Source: an uncultured Chloroflexia bacterium (GTDB lineage: Bacteria; Chloroflexota; Limnocylindria; Limnocylindrales; CSP1-4). Taken from it: a stretch of 64,000 bases of DNA. The stretch is taken from positions 325,850 through 389,849 of the forward strand of contig CAWEJO010000010.1 in the NCBI GenBank assembly GCA_963809375.1, in the 5' to 3' direction. This document shows positions 6,711-15,751 of the stretch, in pieces (positions within the stretch are counted from its first letter, which is position 1; every line of letters starts with the position of its first letter). Made by a program: the position numbers and the translations under genes. The notes below the pieces were generated by a model. It was not told the origin of the DNA and did no database searches. It was given only the letters and a program-made list of their open reading frames with translations.

Positions 6711-7576
6711 TGCCCCTCAACCTGCCGTTCCGGCCGCGCCGGGAGACCTACCCGCCGGACATGTGGACGCAGTGCCCGGGCTGCAGCGAGATGCTCTTCA
6801 ACCGCCACCTCGAGAAGAACCTGCGGGTCTGCCCGTCGTGCGGCCACCACTTCCGGATCTCCGCCCGGGTGCGCCTCGACCAGCTGATGGATCCGGGCAC
6901 GTTCCGTGAGCGCGACGAGGGCCTGACCGCCGAGGACCGCCTCGGCTTCGTCGACTCGAAGCCGTACCCCGACCGGCTGGCCGCCGCGCAGCTCGCCACG
7001 GGACGCCGGGACGCGGCCGCCTGGGGCTTCGGCAGCCTCGGCGGCGTCCGCGTGGCCGTCTGCGCGCTCGACTTCGGGTTCATCGGCGGCTCGATGGGAG
7101 CCGTGGTCGGCGAGAAGGTGACCCGCGCCGCCGAAGGCGCCCTCGCCGAGCGGGTGCCGCTCCTGATCGTCTCGGCATCGGGCGGCGCGCGGATGCAGGA
7201 GGGCACGCTGGCGCTGATGCAGCTGGTCAAGACCGTGAGCGCCATCGAGCGGCTGCGGGCCGCCGGCATCCCCTTCGTCTCGCTCCTTGCCGATCCGACC
7301 ACCGGCGGCGTCTTCGCCTCGTTCTCCGTCCTCGGAGACGTCAACATCGCCGAACCGAACGCGCTGATCGGGTTCTCCGGCGCGCGGGTCTCGGCCGGGA
7401 CGATCGCCGAGGAGCTGCCGCCGGGCTTCCAGCGCGCGGAGTTCCTGTTCAGCCACGGCTTCGTCGATCGGATCGTGGCGCGCGCGGAGCTCCGCACCGA
7501 GCTGACCGCGCTGTTCACGCTGCTGGCTCCGCCCCCCGCCGGCGGCGACGCGCCGGGGAGCCCGAACCGTGGTTGA
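6710..7576 (+). CDS. accD: Acetyl-CoA carboxylase carboxyltransferase beta subunit
   Basis: N-terminal zinc ribbon CPGC..CPSCGHH, and FGFIGGSMG. ATG 6710 overlaps the upstream stop. Confidence 0.93.
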   Translation: MPLNLPFRPRRETYPPDMWTQCPGCSEMLFNRHLEKNLRVCPSCGHHFRISARVRLDQLMDPGTFRERDEGLTAEDRLGFVDSKPYPDRLAAAQLATGRRDAAAWGFGSLGGVRVAVCALDFGFIGGSMGAVVGEKVTRAAEGALAERVPLLIVSASGGARMQEGTLALMQLVKTVSAIERLRAAGIPFVSLLADPTTGGVFASFSVLGDVNIAEPNALIGFSGARVSAGTIAEELPPGFQRAEFLFSHGFVDRIVARAELRTELTALFTLLAPPPAGGDAPGSPNRG

Positions 7577-8723
7577 CCGGCTCCTCCGGCGTGACCACGC
7601 CCCGGCCAGCGCGCCGCCGTCGGACACGCCCGCTCCGCCCGGCGCGCCCGCTCCCGCTCCCGCGCCGGCCCCGGCGCCCGCCCCCGTCCCCGTCGGCCCC
7701 GGCGAGGTCGACGGCCGCATGCCGGCATCCGTCGCGGCGCCCGCCGACGGCGGGCCGGAGCGGGCGGCTGCCCGGGACGCCGTCTGGGCGCGGGTCCAGC
7801 TCGCCCGCAACCCGAAGCGCCCGCACACGCTCGAGCTCGTCGGCCACATCGCTGACACGTTCGTCGAGCTCCACGGCGACCGGCTCTTCGGGGACGACGG
7901 CTCGATCGTGGCCGGCCTCGGGCAGATCGGTGCCCAGCGGCTCGTGATCGTCGGCAACCAGAAGGGCGCCGACACCGACGAGAACATCCGGCGCAACTTC
8001 GGGATGTCGAAGCCGGAGGGCCTGCGCAAGGCGATCCGGTGCTTCCGCCTGGCGGAGCGGTTCGGGCTCCCGGTGGTCACCTTCGTCGACACGCCGGGGG
8101 CGTACCCGGGCGCCGAGGCCGAGGAGCGGGGCATCGCCGAGGCGATCGCGCAGTCGATCCTGGTCATGAGCAGCCTGCGCGTCCCGATCGTGACCGTGAT
8201 CACCGGCGAGGGCGGCTCCGGCGGGGCGCTCGCGATCGCGGCCGGCAACGTCGTGCTCGCCCTCGAGAACGCGGTCTACAGCGTCATCAGCCCCGAAGGC
8301 TGCGCGTCGATCCTGTGGCGCACGCCGGAGAAGGCCGCCGACGCCGCCCTCGCGATGAAGATGACGGCGGCCGACCAGGCCGAGCTCGGCGTCGTCGACC
8401 GGGTGATCGGCGAGCCCGGCGAGGGTGCCCATACCGATGTCCAGGAGACCGCGAAGCGGATCCGGGCGGCGCTCGTCACGGAGCTCGACCGGTTCGCCGG
8501 CGTGCTGCCCGAGGAGCTGGTCGCCCAGCGCTGGCGCCGCTACCGCGACTACGGCGCGTTCCTCGACGAGGGCCCGGGCGACGCCGTCCCGGCCGGCGAG
8601 CGTCCCGGCGGGATCGCCGATCGGCTCCGCAAGGCGTTCGACCAGGTCGGTGGCGCCCTCGGCGGCCGGACCCGGGATCCCCGCGAGGGCCGCGACGGCC
8701 CGCCCGCCCGCGAGGAGGTCTAG
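7569..8723 (+). CDS. accA: Acetyl-CoA carboxylase carboxyltransferase alpha subunit (with an Ala/Pro-rich N-terminal extension)
   Basis: Motifs RPHTLE, FVDTPGAYPG, ERGIAEAIA, GEGGSGGALA. Start is uncertain. Confidence 0.9.
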   Translation: MVDRLLRRDHAPASAPPSDTPAPPGAPAPAPAPAPAPAPVPVGPGEVDGRMPASVAAPADGGPERAAARDAVWARVQLARNPKRPHTLELVGHIADTFVELHGDRLFGDDGSIVAGLGQIGAQRLVIVGNQKGADTDENIRRNFGMSKPEGLRKAIRCFRLAERFGLPVVTFVDTPGAYPGAEAEERGIAEAIAQSILVMSSLRVPIVTVITGEGGSGGALAIAAGNVVLALENAVYSVISPEGCASILWRTPEKAADAALAMKMTAADQAELGVVDRVIGEPGEGAHTDVQETAKRIRAALVTELDRFAGVLPEELVAQRWRRYRDYGAFLDEGPGDAVPAGERPGGIADRLRKAFDQVGGALGGRTRDPREGRDGPPAREEV

Positions 8724-8726
8724 GCG

Positions 8727-9710
8727 TGGCTCACCCGCGAGGACGCCAGCCTGCCCGGGCGCGGACCCGCGGATCGCCTCGCCGATCACGCCACGATCGA
8801 TCGCCTGGCGACCGACCTGCTGCCGGCGCTCGTCGCCCAGCTCGGGGCAAGCGGTCTCGGTGAGCTCGAGGTCCGCGAGGGCCCGTGGCGCCTGCGGCTG
8901 CGCATGCCGGCCGAGGCCGCCGAGCGCGCCCGGGCGATCGCGGGGTCAGTGTCCGACGACCCCGGGCACGTCCAGCTGGCCCTGCCTGACCCCGCGGCGG
9001 CCCAGGCCGGCGCGGCGGCCTCCGACCCGACGGTCGCGAGCGCCGCCGGCGAAACGCCCCCCGGCGCCGGCGCGCCGGGCGAAGCGCCAGCCGCTGGGTC
9101 GAACGGGGCCGCCGCCGTCGCGACGGCCGGCGAGATCGGCGGGGCGGCGCCGCGGGTCGTGGCGACGTCCCCCGCGGTCGGCTTCTTCCGGCCGCGGCCC
9201 GCCCTGGTGGAGGGCGCGACGCTCAAGGCCGGCGCCGTGCTCGGATCGGTCGACGTCCTGGGCGTGGCCCAGGAGGTCACGGCGCCGGCCGCCGGGATCG
9301 TCGTGCGCTTCCTCGTCGAGCCGGGCGAGCCGGTCGAGTACGGCCAGGAGATCCTCGAGATCGGCCAGCCGCCGGCCGCGATCGCGCCGCCGGTTCGCCG
9401 CGCGCCCGACAAGCCGGCCCTGCCCGACGAGCCGCCCCTGCCAGGAGCCCGCCGCTCGGCCGACGACCTGGCCCTGCCGGGCGAACCGTCCCTGCCGGGC
9501 GAACCGTCCCTGCCGGGCGAACCCGGGGCGCAGGAAGCGCGGCCCTCGCCGCGTGGCGCCCCCGCCCCGGCCTCGCCGCCGAACCCCGGAGCCGACGGAG
9601 CGCCCGCGCCCGACCCCGGCGCCGGAGTGGCGCCGATGCCCGACCCGGCCGCGGCCACGCCGCCGGACCCCGGCGCCGGAGTGGCGCCCGCGCCCGAGGG
9701 CGGCGCCTGA
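8727..9710 (+). CDS. BCCP-like biotinyl-domain protein lacking the biotinylation lysine; no canonical start for its conserved N-terminus
   Basis: The frame is open from 8724. It carries the BCCP N-domain-like LGELEVREGPWRLRLR and a barrel segment SPAVGFF..VDVLGVAQEVTAPAAGIVV..GEPVEYGQEILEI, where LGVA replaces EAMK. The first in-frame ATG is only at 8904. Confidence 0.7.
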   Translation, partial: WLTREDASLPGRGPADRLADHATIDRLATDLLPALVAQLGASGLGELEVREGPWRLRLRMPAEAAERARAIAGSVSDDPGHVQLALPDPAAAQAGAAASDPTVASAAGETPPGAGAPGEAPAAGSNGAAAVATAGEIGGAAPRVVATSPAVGFFRPRPALVEGATLKAGAVLGSVDVLGVAQEVTAPAAGIVVRFLVEPGEPVEYGQEILEIGQPPAAIAPPVRRAPDKPALPDEPPLPGARRSADDLALPGEPSLPGEPSLPGEPGAQEARPSPRGAPAPASPPNPGADGAPAPDPGAGVAPMPDPAAATPPDPGAGVAPAPEGGA

Positions 9711-11074
9711 TGTTCGAGCGCGTCCTGATCGCGAACCGGGGCGAGGTGGCCCTGCGGATCCTGCGCGCCTGCCGGACGCTCGGCATCGGCGCGGTCGTCG
9801 CCTACAGCGAGGCCGACCGGGATTCGCTCGCCGCCCAGCTCGCCGACGAGGCGATCTGCATCGGCCCGGCCGACAGCCGGCGCAGCTACCTCTCTGCGTC
9901 GGCGATCATCTCGGCCGCGATCGTCACCGGCGCCGACGCGATCCACCCCGGCTACGGCTTCCTGTCCGAGGATGCCGGCTTCGCCGAGGCCGTGGCCGCC
10001 CACGGGCTCACGTTCATCGGGCCGTCGGCCGAGGTCCTCGAGCGGTTCGCCTCCAAGGAGCGGACGCGCCAGCTGCTCGGCAGCCACGGCCTGCCGACCG
10101 TCCCCGGTTCTGACGGGGTGCTGCGCGACGACGGCCACGCCCTCGCCGAGGCGGCCCGCATCGGGTATCCGGTCCTCATCAAGCCGGCGGCCGGCGGCGG
10201 CGGCAAGGGCATGCGGATGGTGCGCAACGCCCGCGAGCTGCAGACCGCCGTGCGGCTCTGCCGGGCGGAGGCGAAGGCCGCGTTCGGCGACGATTCCCTG
10301 TACCTCGAGAAGTGGCTCGAGGACAACCGCCACGTGGAGGTCCAGGTCGCCGTCGACCGGTATGGCCGCGGGATCCACCTCGGCGAGCGCGACTGCTCGG
10401 TCCAGCGCCGCCACCAGAAGCTGCTCGAGGAGGCGCCGACGCCGGCCCTCCCGCCCGAATCCCGGGCCGAGCTGGCCGACCGGGCCATCCGCGCCGTGGT
10501 GGCGGCCGGCTACGAGAACCTCGGGACCCTCGAGTTCCTGGTCGACCGCGACGGCCGGTTCTACTTCATCGAGATCAACTGCCGCATCCAGGTCGAGCAC
10601 CCCGTCACCGAGATGCTCACGGGGATCGATCTCGTCGAGACGCAGCTGCGGATCGCCGCCGGCGAGCCGCTCGGGATCGACCAGTCCGACGTCGCCACCC
10701 GGGGCCATGCGATCGAGTTCCGGATCAACGCCGAGGATCCCGCCCACGACTTCCGGCCGCAGGCCGGCCACGTCGAGCGCTACCACGCGCCGTCCGGACC
10801 ATGGGTGCGCATGGACTCCCACCTCTACGCCGGCTACGACATCCCGCCGTACTACGACTCGCTGCTCGGCAAGCTGATCGTCTGGGGCCCCGACCGCCGC
10901 GCCGCGATCGCTCGCGGCAAGGTCGCCCTCGACGAGCTGGTGGTCGACGGGGTCGTGACCAATCGCGCCTTCCACCGGGCCCTGCTCGACAACGCCGCGT
11001 TCGTGGACGGCCGGGTGACCACCAACATGATCGACCGCGTCGGGGCCGCCGCGGTCCTCGCCACGCACCGCTGA
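9710..11074 (+). CDS. accC: Acetyl-CoA carboxylase biotin carboxylase subunit
   Basis: 454-aa intact ORF. Motifs VLIANRGEVALRI, GGGGKGMR, EINCRIQVEHPVTE. Confidence 0.95.
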   Translation: MFERVLIANRGEVALRILRACRTLGIGAVVAYSEADRDSLAAQLADEAICIGPADSRRSYLSASAIISAAIVTGADAIHPGYGFLSEDAGFAEAVAAHGLTFIGPSAEVLERFASKERTRQLLGSHGLPTVPGSDGVLRDDGHALAEAARIGYPVLIKPAAGGGGKGMRMVRNARELQTAVRLCRAEAKAAFGDDSLYLEKWLEDNRHVEVQVAVDRYGRGIHLGERDCSVQRRHQKLLEEAPTPALPPESRAELADRAIRAVVAAGYENLGTLEFLVDRDGRFYFIEINCRIQVEHPVTEMLTGIDLVETQLRIAAGEPLGIDQSDVATRGHAIEFRINAEDPAHDFRPQAGHVERYHAPSGPWVRMDSHLYAGYDIPPYYDSLLGKLIVWGPDRRAAIARGKVALDELVVDGVVTNRAFHRALLDNAAFVDGRVTTNMIDRVGAAAVLATHR

Positions 11075-11192
11075 TGGTCGGGTCGACGAGGGCCGACGAC
11101 GCCGCCTTCCGACGGCCGAAGGCCGCCTTCCGTAGACTCGCACCGACGCCGTCCGCGCGTCGACCGCCCACCACCCCAGTCCGGAGCCTGCC

Positions 11193-11648
11193 GTGACCGA
11201 ACCGATCCACACCACGCGCGAGATCGAGGCCCTGATCCCGCACCGGTGGCCGTTCCTCCTCGTCGACCGCATCGACGAGTACGATCCGGAGGCGCACCGC
11301 ATCGTCGGGGTCAAGGCCTTCACCGCGACGGAGTGGTTCTTCCACGGCCACTTCCCCGGGATGCCCGTGGTGCCCGGCGTGCTCCAGATCGAGGCGCTGG
11401 CCCAGACGATGGCCGTCTACGTCGCAAAGCAGGAGGGCTTCGGAGACCGGATCGGGCTGTTCGCCGGGATCGACGGCGTCCGCTTCAAGCGGGTCGTCAA
11501 GCCGGGCGACGTGATGCGCCTCGAGGTCACGATGGAGAAGCTCGGCAAGCGGTTCGGGCGTGGCCTGGCGGTCGCCACCGTCGACGGCGAGGTCTGCTGC
11601 GAAGCGACCCTCTCCTTCATCATCCCCGACGCGTCCGTGCTTCGATGA
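11193..11648 (+). CDS. fabZ: 3-hydroxyacyl-ACP dehydratase
   Basis: Motifs LIPHRWPFLLVDR and FFHGHFPGMPVVPGVLQIEALAQ. Confidence 0.93.
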   Translation: MTEPIHTTREIEALIPHRWPFLLVDRIDEYDPEAHRIVGVKAFTATEWFFHGHFPGMPVVPGVLQIEALAQTMAVYVAKQEGFGDRIGLFAGIDGVRFKRVVKPGDVMRLEVTMEKLGKRFGRGLAVATVDGEVCCEATLSFIIPDASVLR

Positions 11649-12391
11649 CCCGGATCGCGGTCTTCTCCGACGTCCATGGCGTCGTCCAGGCGCTCGAGGC
11701 GGTTCGTGCCGCCGTCGCGTCGGCTGCGCCCGACGTCGTCGCGGTCGCCGGCGACTACGCCGTGAACGGCGCCGACCCGGCCGCCACGATCGACGGGCTG
11801 CGCGAGCTCGAGGCCGCGGGCGCGGTGCTCGTCCAGGGCAACACCGACATCGCGGTCGCCGACGGCGACTACGGCGCCGCCTATCCCTGGTTCGCCGACG
11901 GCGTCCCCGAGCCGTACCGCCAGGCCGCCGAATGGGCGCGCGATGCGATCGGCCCGGAGCGGGTCGACTGGCTCCGGCGTCTCCCCGCCGAGCGGCGGAT
12001 CCGCACCGACGACGGGACGCTCGTGCTCGTGACCCACGCCTCGCCCGGTTCCCAGACGGCGGGCTTCGACCAGAGCCTCGACGACAGCGTGATCCTCGAG
12101 CGCCTCGGCCGCACCGACGCACGGGTGATCTGCTGCGGGCACACCCACGTCCCCGAGGTCCGCGACTTCGGGTGGAAGGTCATCGTCAACGACGGGAGCG
12201 CCGGCAACGTCTTCGACGGCGACCCGACCGTCTCGTGGGCGCTCATCGACATCGTCGACGGCCTGGTCACGGCGGAGATCAAGCGGACGCCCTTCGATGC
12301 CCTCGCGGCCGCCGACGCGGTCGCCGCCCGCGGGCTCGCCGGCGACGTCTACCGGGCCGCGACCATTCGCACGGGCAAGCTCGTCCGATGA
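11645..12391 (+). CDS. Calcineurin-like metallophosphoesterase (YfcE/MJ0936-like)
   Basis: Motifs FSDVHG, AGDY, GNTD, CGHTHV. ATGA overlaps link it to fabZ upstream and fabF downstream. Confidence 0.8.
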   Translation: MTRIAVFSDVHGVVQALEAVRAAVASAAPDVVAVAGDYAVNGADPAATIDGLRELEAAGAVLVQGNTDIAVADGDYGAAYPWFADGVPEPYRQAAEWARDAIGPERVDWLRRLPAERRIRTDDGTLVLVTHASPGSQTAGFDQSLDDSVILERLGRTDARVICCGHTHVPEVRDFGWKVIVNDGSAGNVFDGDPTVSWALIDIVDGLVTAEIKRTPFDALAAADAVAARGLAGDVYRAATIRTGKLVR

Positions 12392-13657
12392 ACACCGACA
12401 CGCCGTCGGGCGCGCCGCGGGTCGTCGTGACCGGGATGGGCATGGTCACCAGCCTCGGCCCGGACGTGGCGACCACGTGGGACGGGCTGGTCAACGGCCG
12501 GTCCGGGATCCGGGCGATCAGCGCCTTCGACGCCTCGCAGCTCGACTCGCGGATCGCCGGCTCCATCCCGGACTTCGATCCGTCCGGCGTGCTCGACCGC
12601 AAGGAGCAGCGCCGCAACGACCGGTACACGCAGCTCGCGCTCGTGGCGGTGCGCCAGGCGCTCGACGAGGCCGGCCTGCCAGGCCGCCTCGAGGGCGAGC
12701 TCGCCGAGCGCACCGGGATCATCCTCGGCACCGGGCTCGGCGGCGGGCTCACGTTCGACGAGCAGGCTGCGCGTGGGGCTCGAGAAGGGCTTCGACCGGG
12801 TGAGCCCGTTCTTCGTGCCGATGACGATCCCGAACCTCGCCGCCGGCCAGGCCGCGATCATGTTCGGGCCGGTGGGTCCCAACTTCGCGATCGCGTCGGC
12901 CTGCGCCACCGGGGGCCACGCGATCGGCGAGGCCTGGGAGACGATCCGGCGGGGCGACGCCGACGTGATGATCGCGGGCTCGACGGAGGCCGCGGTCGGC
13001 GAGACGATGATGGCCGGGTTCGCCGCGATGCGGGCGCTCTCCACCCGGAACGACGACCCGCCGGCCGCCTCGCGGCCGTTCGACCGCGGGCGCGACGGGT
13101 TCGTCATCGGCGAGGGATCGGGCGCGCTGATCATCGAGCGGCTCGACCATGCCCTCGCCCGAGGCGCCGAGCCCCTCGCCGAGATCATCGGCTACGGCGC
13201 CTCGGCGGACGCGAGCCACATCACGCTCCCCGCGCCGGGCGGGGTCGGGGCCATTCGGGCGGTGCGCCGGGCGCTGGCCAAGGCCGGCCTCTCGGTCGAC
13301 GCGGTGGACCATGTCAACGCCCATGCGACGTCCACCCCCGAAGGCGATCGGACCGAGCTCGAGATGCTCCGCGGTCTGTTCGGCGATCGGGTCGGCGAGG
13401 TCAGCGTGACGGCGAACAAGAGCATGATCGGCCACACCCTCGGCGCCGCCGGCTCGATCGAGGCGGTCGTGACGGTGCTGTCGCTGCGCACGGGCCTGAT
13501 CCCGCCGACGGTCAACCTCGTCGAGCCGGACCCGCTGGCCGAGGGCCTGGACCTGACCCCGAATGCCGCCCACGAGCGAGCGATCCACATCGCGGTCAGC
13601 AACTCGTTCGGGTTCGGGGGCCAGAACAGCGCCCTCGTGATGGCGCGGTGGGGCTGA
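12388..13657 (+). CDS. fabF: 3-oxoacyl-ACP synthase II; frame broken near 12772
   Basis: The N-terminus VVVTGMGMVTSLG is in frame 1. SPFFVPMTIPN, ACATGGHAIG, NAHATSTP and GHTLGAAG are in frame 2. Confidence 0.9.
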
Positions 13658-14440
13658 TGAGCCAGGCCGACCCGGCAGCGGACACGGCCGCCCGGCCGGC
13701 TGCCCCGCCGGCCGCCCCCGACGATGGGACCGCGACGGCCGACGCTTCCGTGGGCGCCGACACGTCCGGCGACGCTTCCGCCGCGTCCGCCGCGGGGCAG
13801 CGGCCGAGCACTCCGCGCGGCGGCAGCGGCCGAGCACTCCGCCGCGTCCGCCGCGTCCGCGGCAGCGGCCGAGCACTCCGCCGCGGCGGCAGCGGCCGAC
13901 GCTTCCCTCCTCGCGCTCGTCGGGCGGCTGGCCGCCGCGCTCGCGGACAGCGACCTCACCGAGCTCGAGGTCGAGGCCGGCGAGACCGCGCTCCTGCTCC
14001 GCAAGCCCGGCCCCGCTCCGATCGTCATCGGCGTCACGGCGCCGGCGGCACCAGGTGTCACGGCCGCGCCCAACGCCACGGCCGCAGCCCCGGCCCCCGA
14101 CGGCGGACCGGCGGCTCCCGCCGCGGCCGGCGCATCGGCCAGGGCCGCGTCGGGCGCCCATTCGACCGCGGCGCCGGAGCGCCTGGCAGGGCACGCCGGC
14201 CGCCTCGTCGTCGCGGCGCCCCTCACCGGCGTCTGGTACGCGTCGGCGAGCCCCGGGTCGCCGCCCTTCGTGGCCGTCGGGAGCGAGATCGCCGTCGGCC
14301 ACGTGATCGGCCTGATCGAGGCGATGAAGCTGTTCAACGAGATCAAGTCGGATCGCGCCGGCCGCGTCGTGCGGGTCGTGCCTGAGAACGGGGCCCTCGT
14401 GCGGGCCAAGCAGCCGCTGATCGAGGTGGAGCCACTGTGA
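13657..14440 (+). CDS. accB: Biotin carboxyl carrier protein (canonical); frame broken within 13794-13826
   Basis: ATG 13657 is in frame 1 and the C-terminal two thirds are in frame 2. Canonical IGLIEAMKLFNEI motif. Confidence 0.85.
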
Positions 14441-15658
14441 GCCTGCCGCTGGTGCCCGTGTCCCGTGCCCGTCGCTACGCCCGGATCAGCGGCTGGGGCT
14501 CGTACGCCCCCGAGGCCGTCCTGACGAACGCCGACCTCGAACGGATGGTCGACACCTCGGACGAGTGGATCGTCTCCCGCACCGGGATCCGGGAGCGCCG
14601 CGTCGCCGCGGCCCACGAGACGACCGCCAGCATGGCCGCGGTCGCCGGGCGGCGGGCCGTGGCCGTCGCGGGGCTCGACCCCGACGAGATCGACATCATC
14701 CTCGTCGCGACGCTGACGCCCGACTACTGGATGCCGTCCACGGCCGCGCTCGTCAAGGAGGCGATCGGCAACACGCGGGCGGCCGCGATGGACGTGGCGG
14801 CCGCCTGCTCCGGGTTCGTCTACGGCTACGCCACGGCCCAGGCGTACGTCGAATCCGGGATGGCCCAGCACGTGCTGGTGATCGGGGCCGAGCTGCTCAC
14901 CCGCTTCCTCGACTACTCGGACCGCGCGACCTGCATCCTCTTCGGCGACGGCGCGGGGGCGGTGGTCGTCTCGGGCGGCGACGAGCCCGCCGGCCCCAAC
15001 GGCATCGAGCTGACGACCGAGCCGCAGGGCGCCTACATGATCTGGCTACCGTCCGGTGGCTCGAAAAGTCCCGTCCTCGGCGGAGACCGTGGCCCGGGGC
15101 GAGCACCACATCCGGATGGAGGGCAAGGAGACCTACCGGTTCGCGACCAGGACGCTCGCGTCGACCGCCCTCGCGGCGGTCAGCCGGGCCGGCCTCCGAC
15201 CCGACGAGATCGACCTGTTCATCCCGCACCAGGCCAACATCCGGATCATCGAGGCCGTGGCGAAGGGCCTGGACCTGCCGATGGACAAGATGTTCGTCAA
15301 CCTCGACCGCTATGGGAACACGTCCGCCGCGTCGGTGCCCCTCGCGCTCGCCGAGGCGGTCGACTCGGGCCGCATCCGGATCGGTGACCGCGTGGTCATC
15401 GTGGCGTTCGGCGCCGGGTTCACCTCGGGAGCGGTCGCCTTCGAATGGACCGCCGACCCGGCGAACGCATCGCGCGCCGCGTCGATCCGGCCCGAGGACA
15501 TCTCGGTCCGCCTGCCGGTCGCCTGGGATTCGGTCGATCCCATCCCCGCCCGGCTCGCCGCGGTCCTCGCCAGCCCCGGGCCGGTGGACGTGCCCCTCGA
15601 CGACGTCGTCCCGGGCGAGCCGGAGCGGGTCCTGGGCCACCATCGCATGGATGTGTAG
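14437..15658 (+). CDS. fabH: 3-oxoacyl-ACP synthase III; frame broken in the A4 run 15064-15067; ~70-aa C-terminal extension
   Basis: Motifs SDEWIVSRTGI and AACSGFVYG are in frame 1. HQANIRII, GNTSAASVP and FGAGFTSG are in frame 2. Confidence 0.9.
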
Positions 15659-15716
15659 GGCCGGCAGGGAAACGAACCCGGCCGCGGGCGCGGCGGGCGG
15701 GCGCGGCGGCCCTGCG

Positions 15717-15745
15717 TTGACGAATCACGCTGACAGCGTCACTAT
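15717..15745 (+). promoter_or_regulatory. Candidate leaderless promoter with an operator-like palindrome for the MntA/HepT pair
   Basis: TTGACG (15717-15722), a 17-nt spacer, then CACTAT (15740-45); the ATG is at 15752. The spacer holds the perfect palindrome ACGCTG-A-CAGCGT (15727-15739). Confidence 0.4.
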
Positions 15746-15751
15746 CTGCCC

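Noticed and set aside
15061-15070. Programmed +1/-1 ribosomal frameshifting at the fabH A-run and at the other frame breaks.
   Set aside because: There is no shared slippery heptamer or stimulatory structure. The breaks are scattered across unrelated genes and in both directions, which fits sequencing indels better.
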